Below are positions 63,161 through 64,000 of a DNA stretch of 64,000 nt, in pieces; positions within the stretch are counted from its first letter, which is position 1, and every line of letters begins with the position of its first letter. Source of the DNA: Camelus dromedarius. Taxonomy: Eukaryota. Below the pieces are notes generated by a model that saw only the letters and a program-made list of their open reading frames with translations, searched no databases and was not told the DNA's origin. Made by a program: the position numbers and the translations under genes. Location of the stretch: NCBI RefSeq assembly GCF_036321535.1, contig NC_087436.1, positions 19,780,001 to 19,844,000 on the forward strand. Direction: 5' to 3'.

Positions 63161-64000
63161 GGAAGCAGCCCAAGGCTACCTCAGCAGTGCACAGTGAAGT
63201 CCATGTCCGTTGCTGCTTATCTGAGTTCTGGTTGCTTGTAAAGATGACTTTGATCTCTTTAATAAAGTAACAATGGGCTTCTACATGGGAGTTCAGACTT
63301 GTCTTGCAGGGAACTGGAGGCCACACTTCCTGGGGAGAGTACCAGGGCATTTGGGTTTACCCCTTTCCTCTTAGACAAAGGCCAGAGTCTCTTGGCCTCT
63401 AGGACATGACATGTGGCCTATCCTCAGGCTTCTGCCAGATTGATGGAGAGAGATCCCTAGGGCTGCAGTAGGATACCGCATCGAATTATGTCTGTGACCC
63501 CAAGTGAAAGTGGCCTTGAGCAGTGTCTTAAGGCATGTGCCTCAGTTCCTCCAGCCACAGAGTGAAAAAAAGAAATCATTCAAAGTGTTGATGTGAGTAA
63601 GAATTAGACAGGTCTTGCTGATACAGTATGTCCCCCTCCTCACCGTAGGTAATTATGTTGATGCGCAGACAGAAATACTGCTGAACGGAACGCTTCTATT
63701 ATGCAAAAGGCACAACAAAGCTTCTCATGGACACCCTACAAAGAAGCACACTCTCTGGGGAGCTGGGGAAAAAGCAGTCAGCCACCTAACCTTTCTCTAA
63801 AACAGCAAACAGCCTGGCACAAAGGGAGCGGGCACCTCCTGGGGTGCAAATTTCTAGAGGCATGACCTTTGGAAATTCAGTAATTCCTGCGATGCCCGTG
63901 GTCTGCTTTTTCAGGACATCTTCACCAAGGGCAATATGGCAGCCAGGCGTGGGTGCCCTGTCGGGGTAAGAGGGGGCCAGAGGACCTGGCTCTGTGAGGC

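Overview
This is mammalian genomic DNA, non-coding as far as I can tell, and most likely camelid. It carries seven copies of a tRNA-Ala-derived SINE matching the camelid Vic-1 type, plus cetartiodactyl-type L1 3' ends. A large part of the window is interspersed repeats: L1 (young 3' ends and old L1M), L2, MIR, MaLR/ERVL/ERV1 LTRs, and Tigger/MER2/hAT DNA transposons. I recognise no protein-coding gene, RNA gene, CpG island or CRISPR array, and the listed ORFs look like chance or repeat-derived frames. I found no convincing novel biological system. The best-supported oddities are a near-perfect 50-bp dispersed duplication carrying MEF2- and STAT6-like motifs, a twin-primed (5'-inverted) L1 beside a strong minus-strand splice acceptor, a dimeric L1 tail inside one TSD, a MER41-like LTR, a fossil pogo/Tigger transposase, and exon-like segments that may belong to a spliced lncRNA. 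Repeat subfamily names come from remembered consensus sequences and need RepeatMasker/Dfam confirmation. Boundaries of old repeats are approximate.
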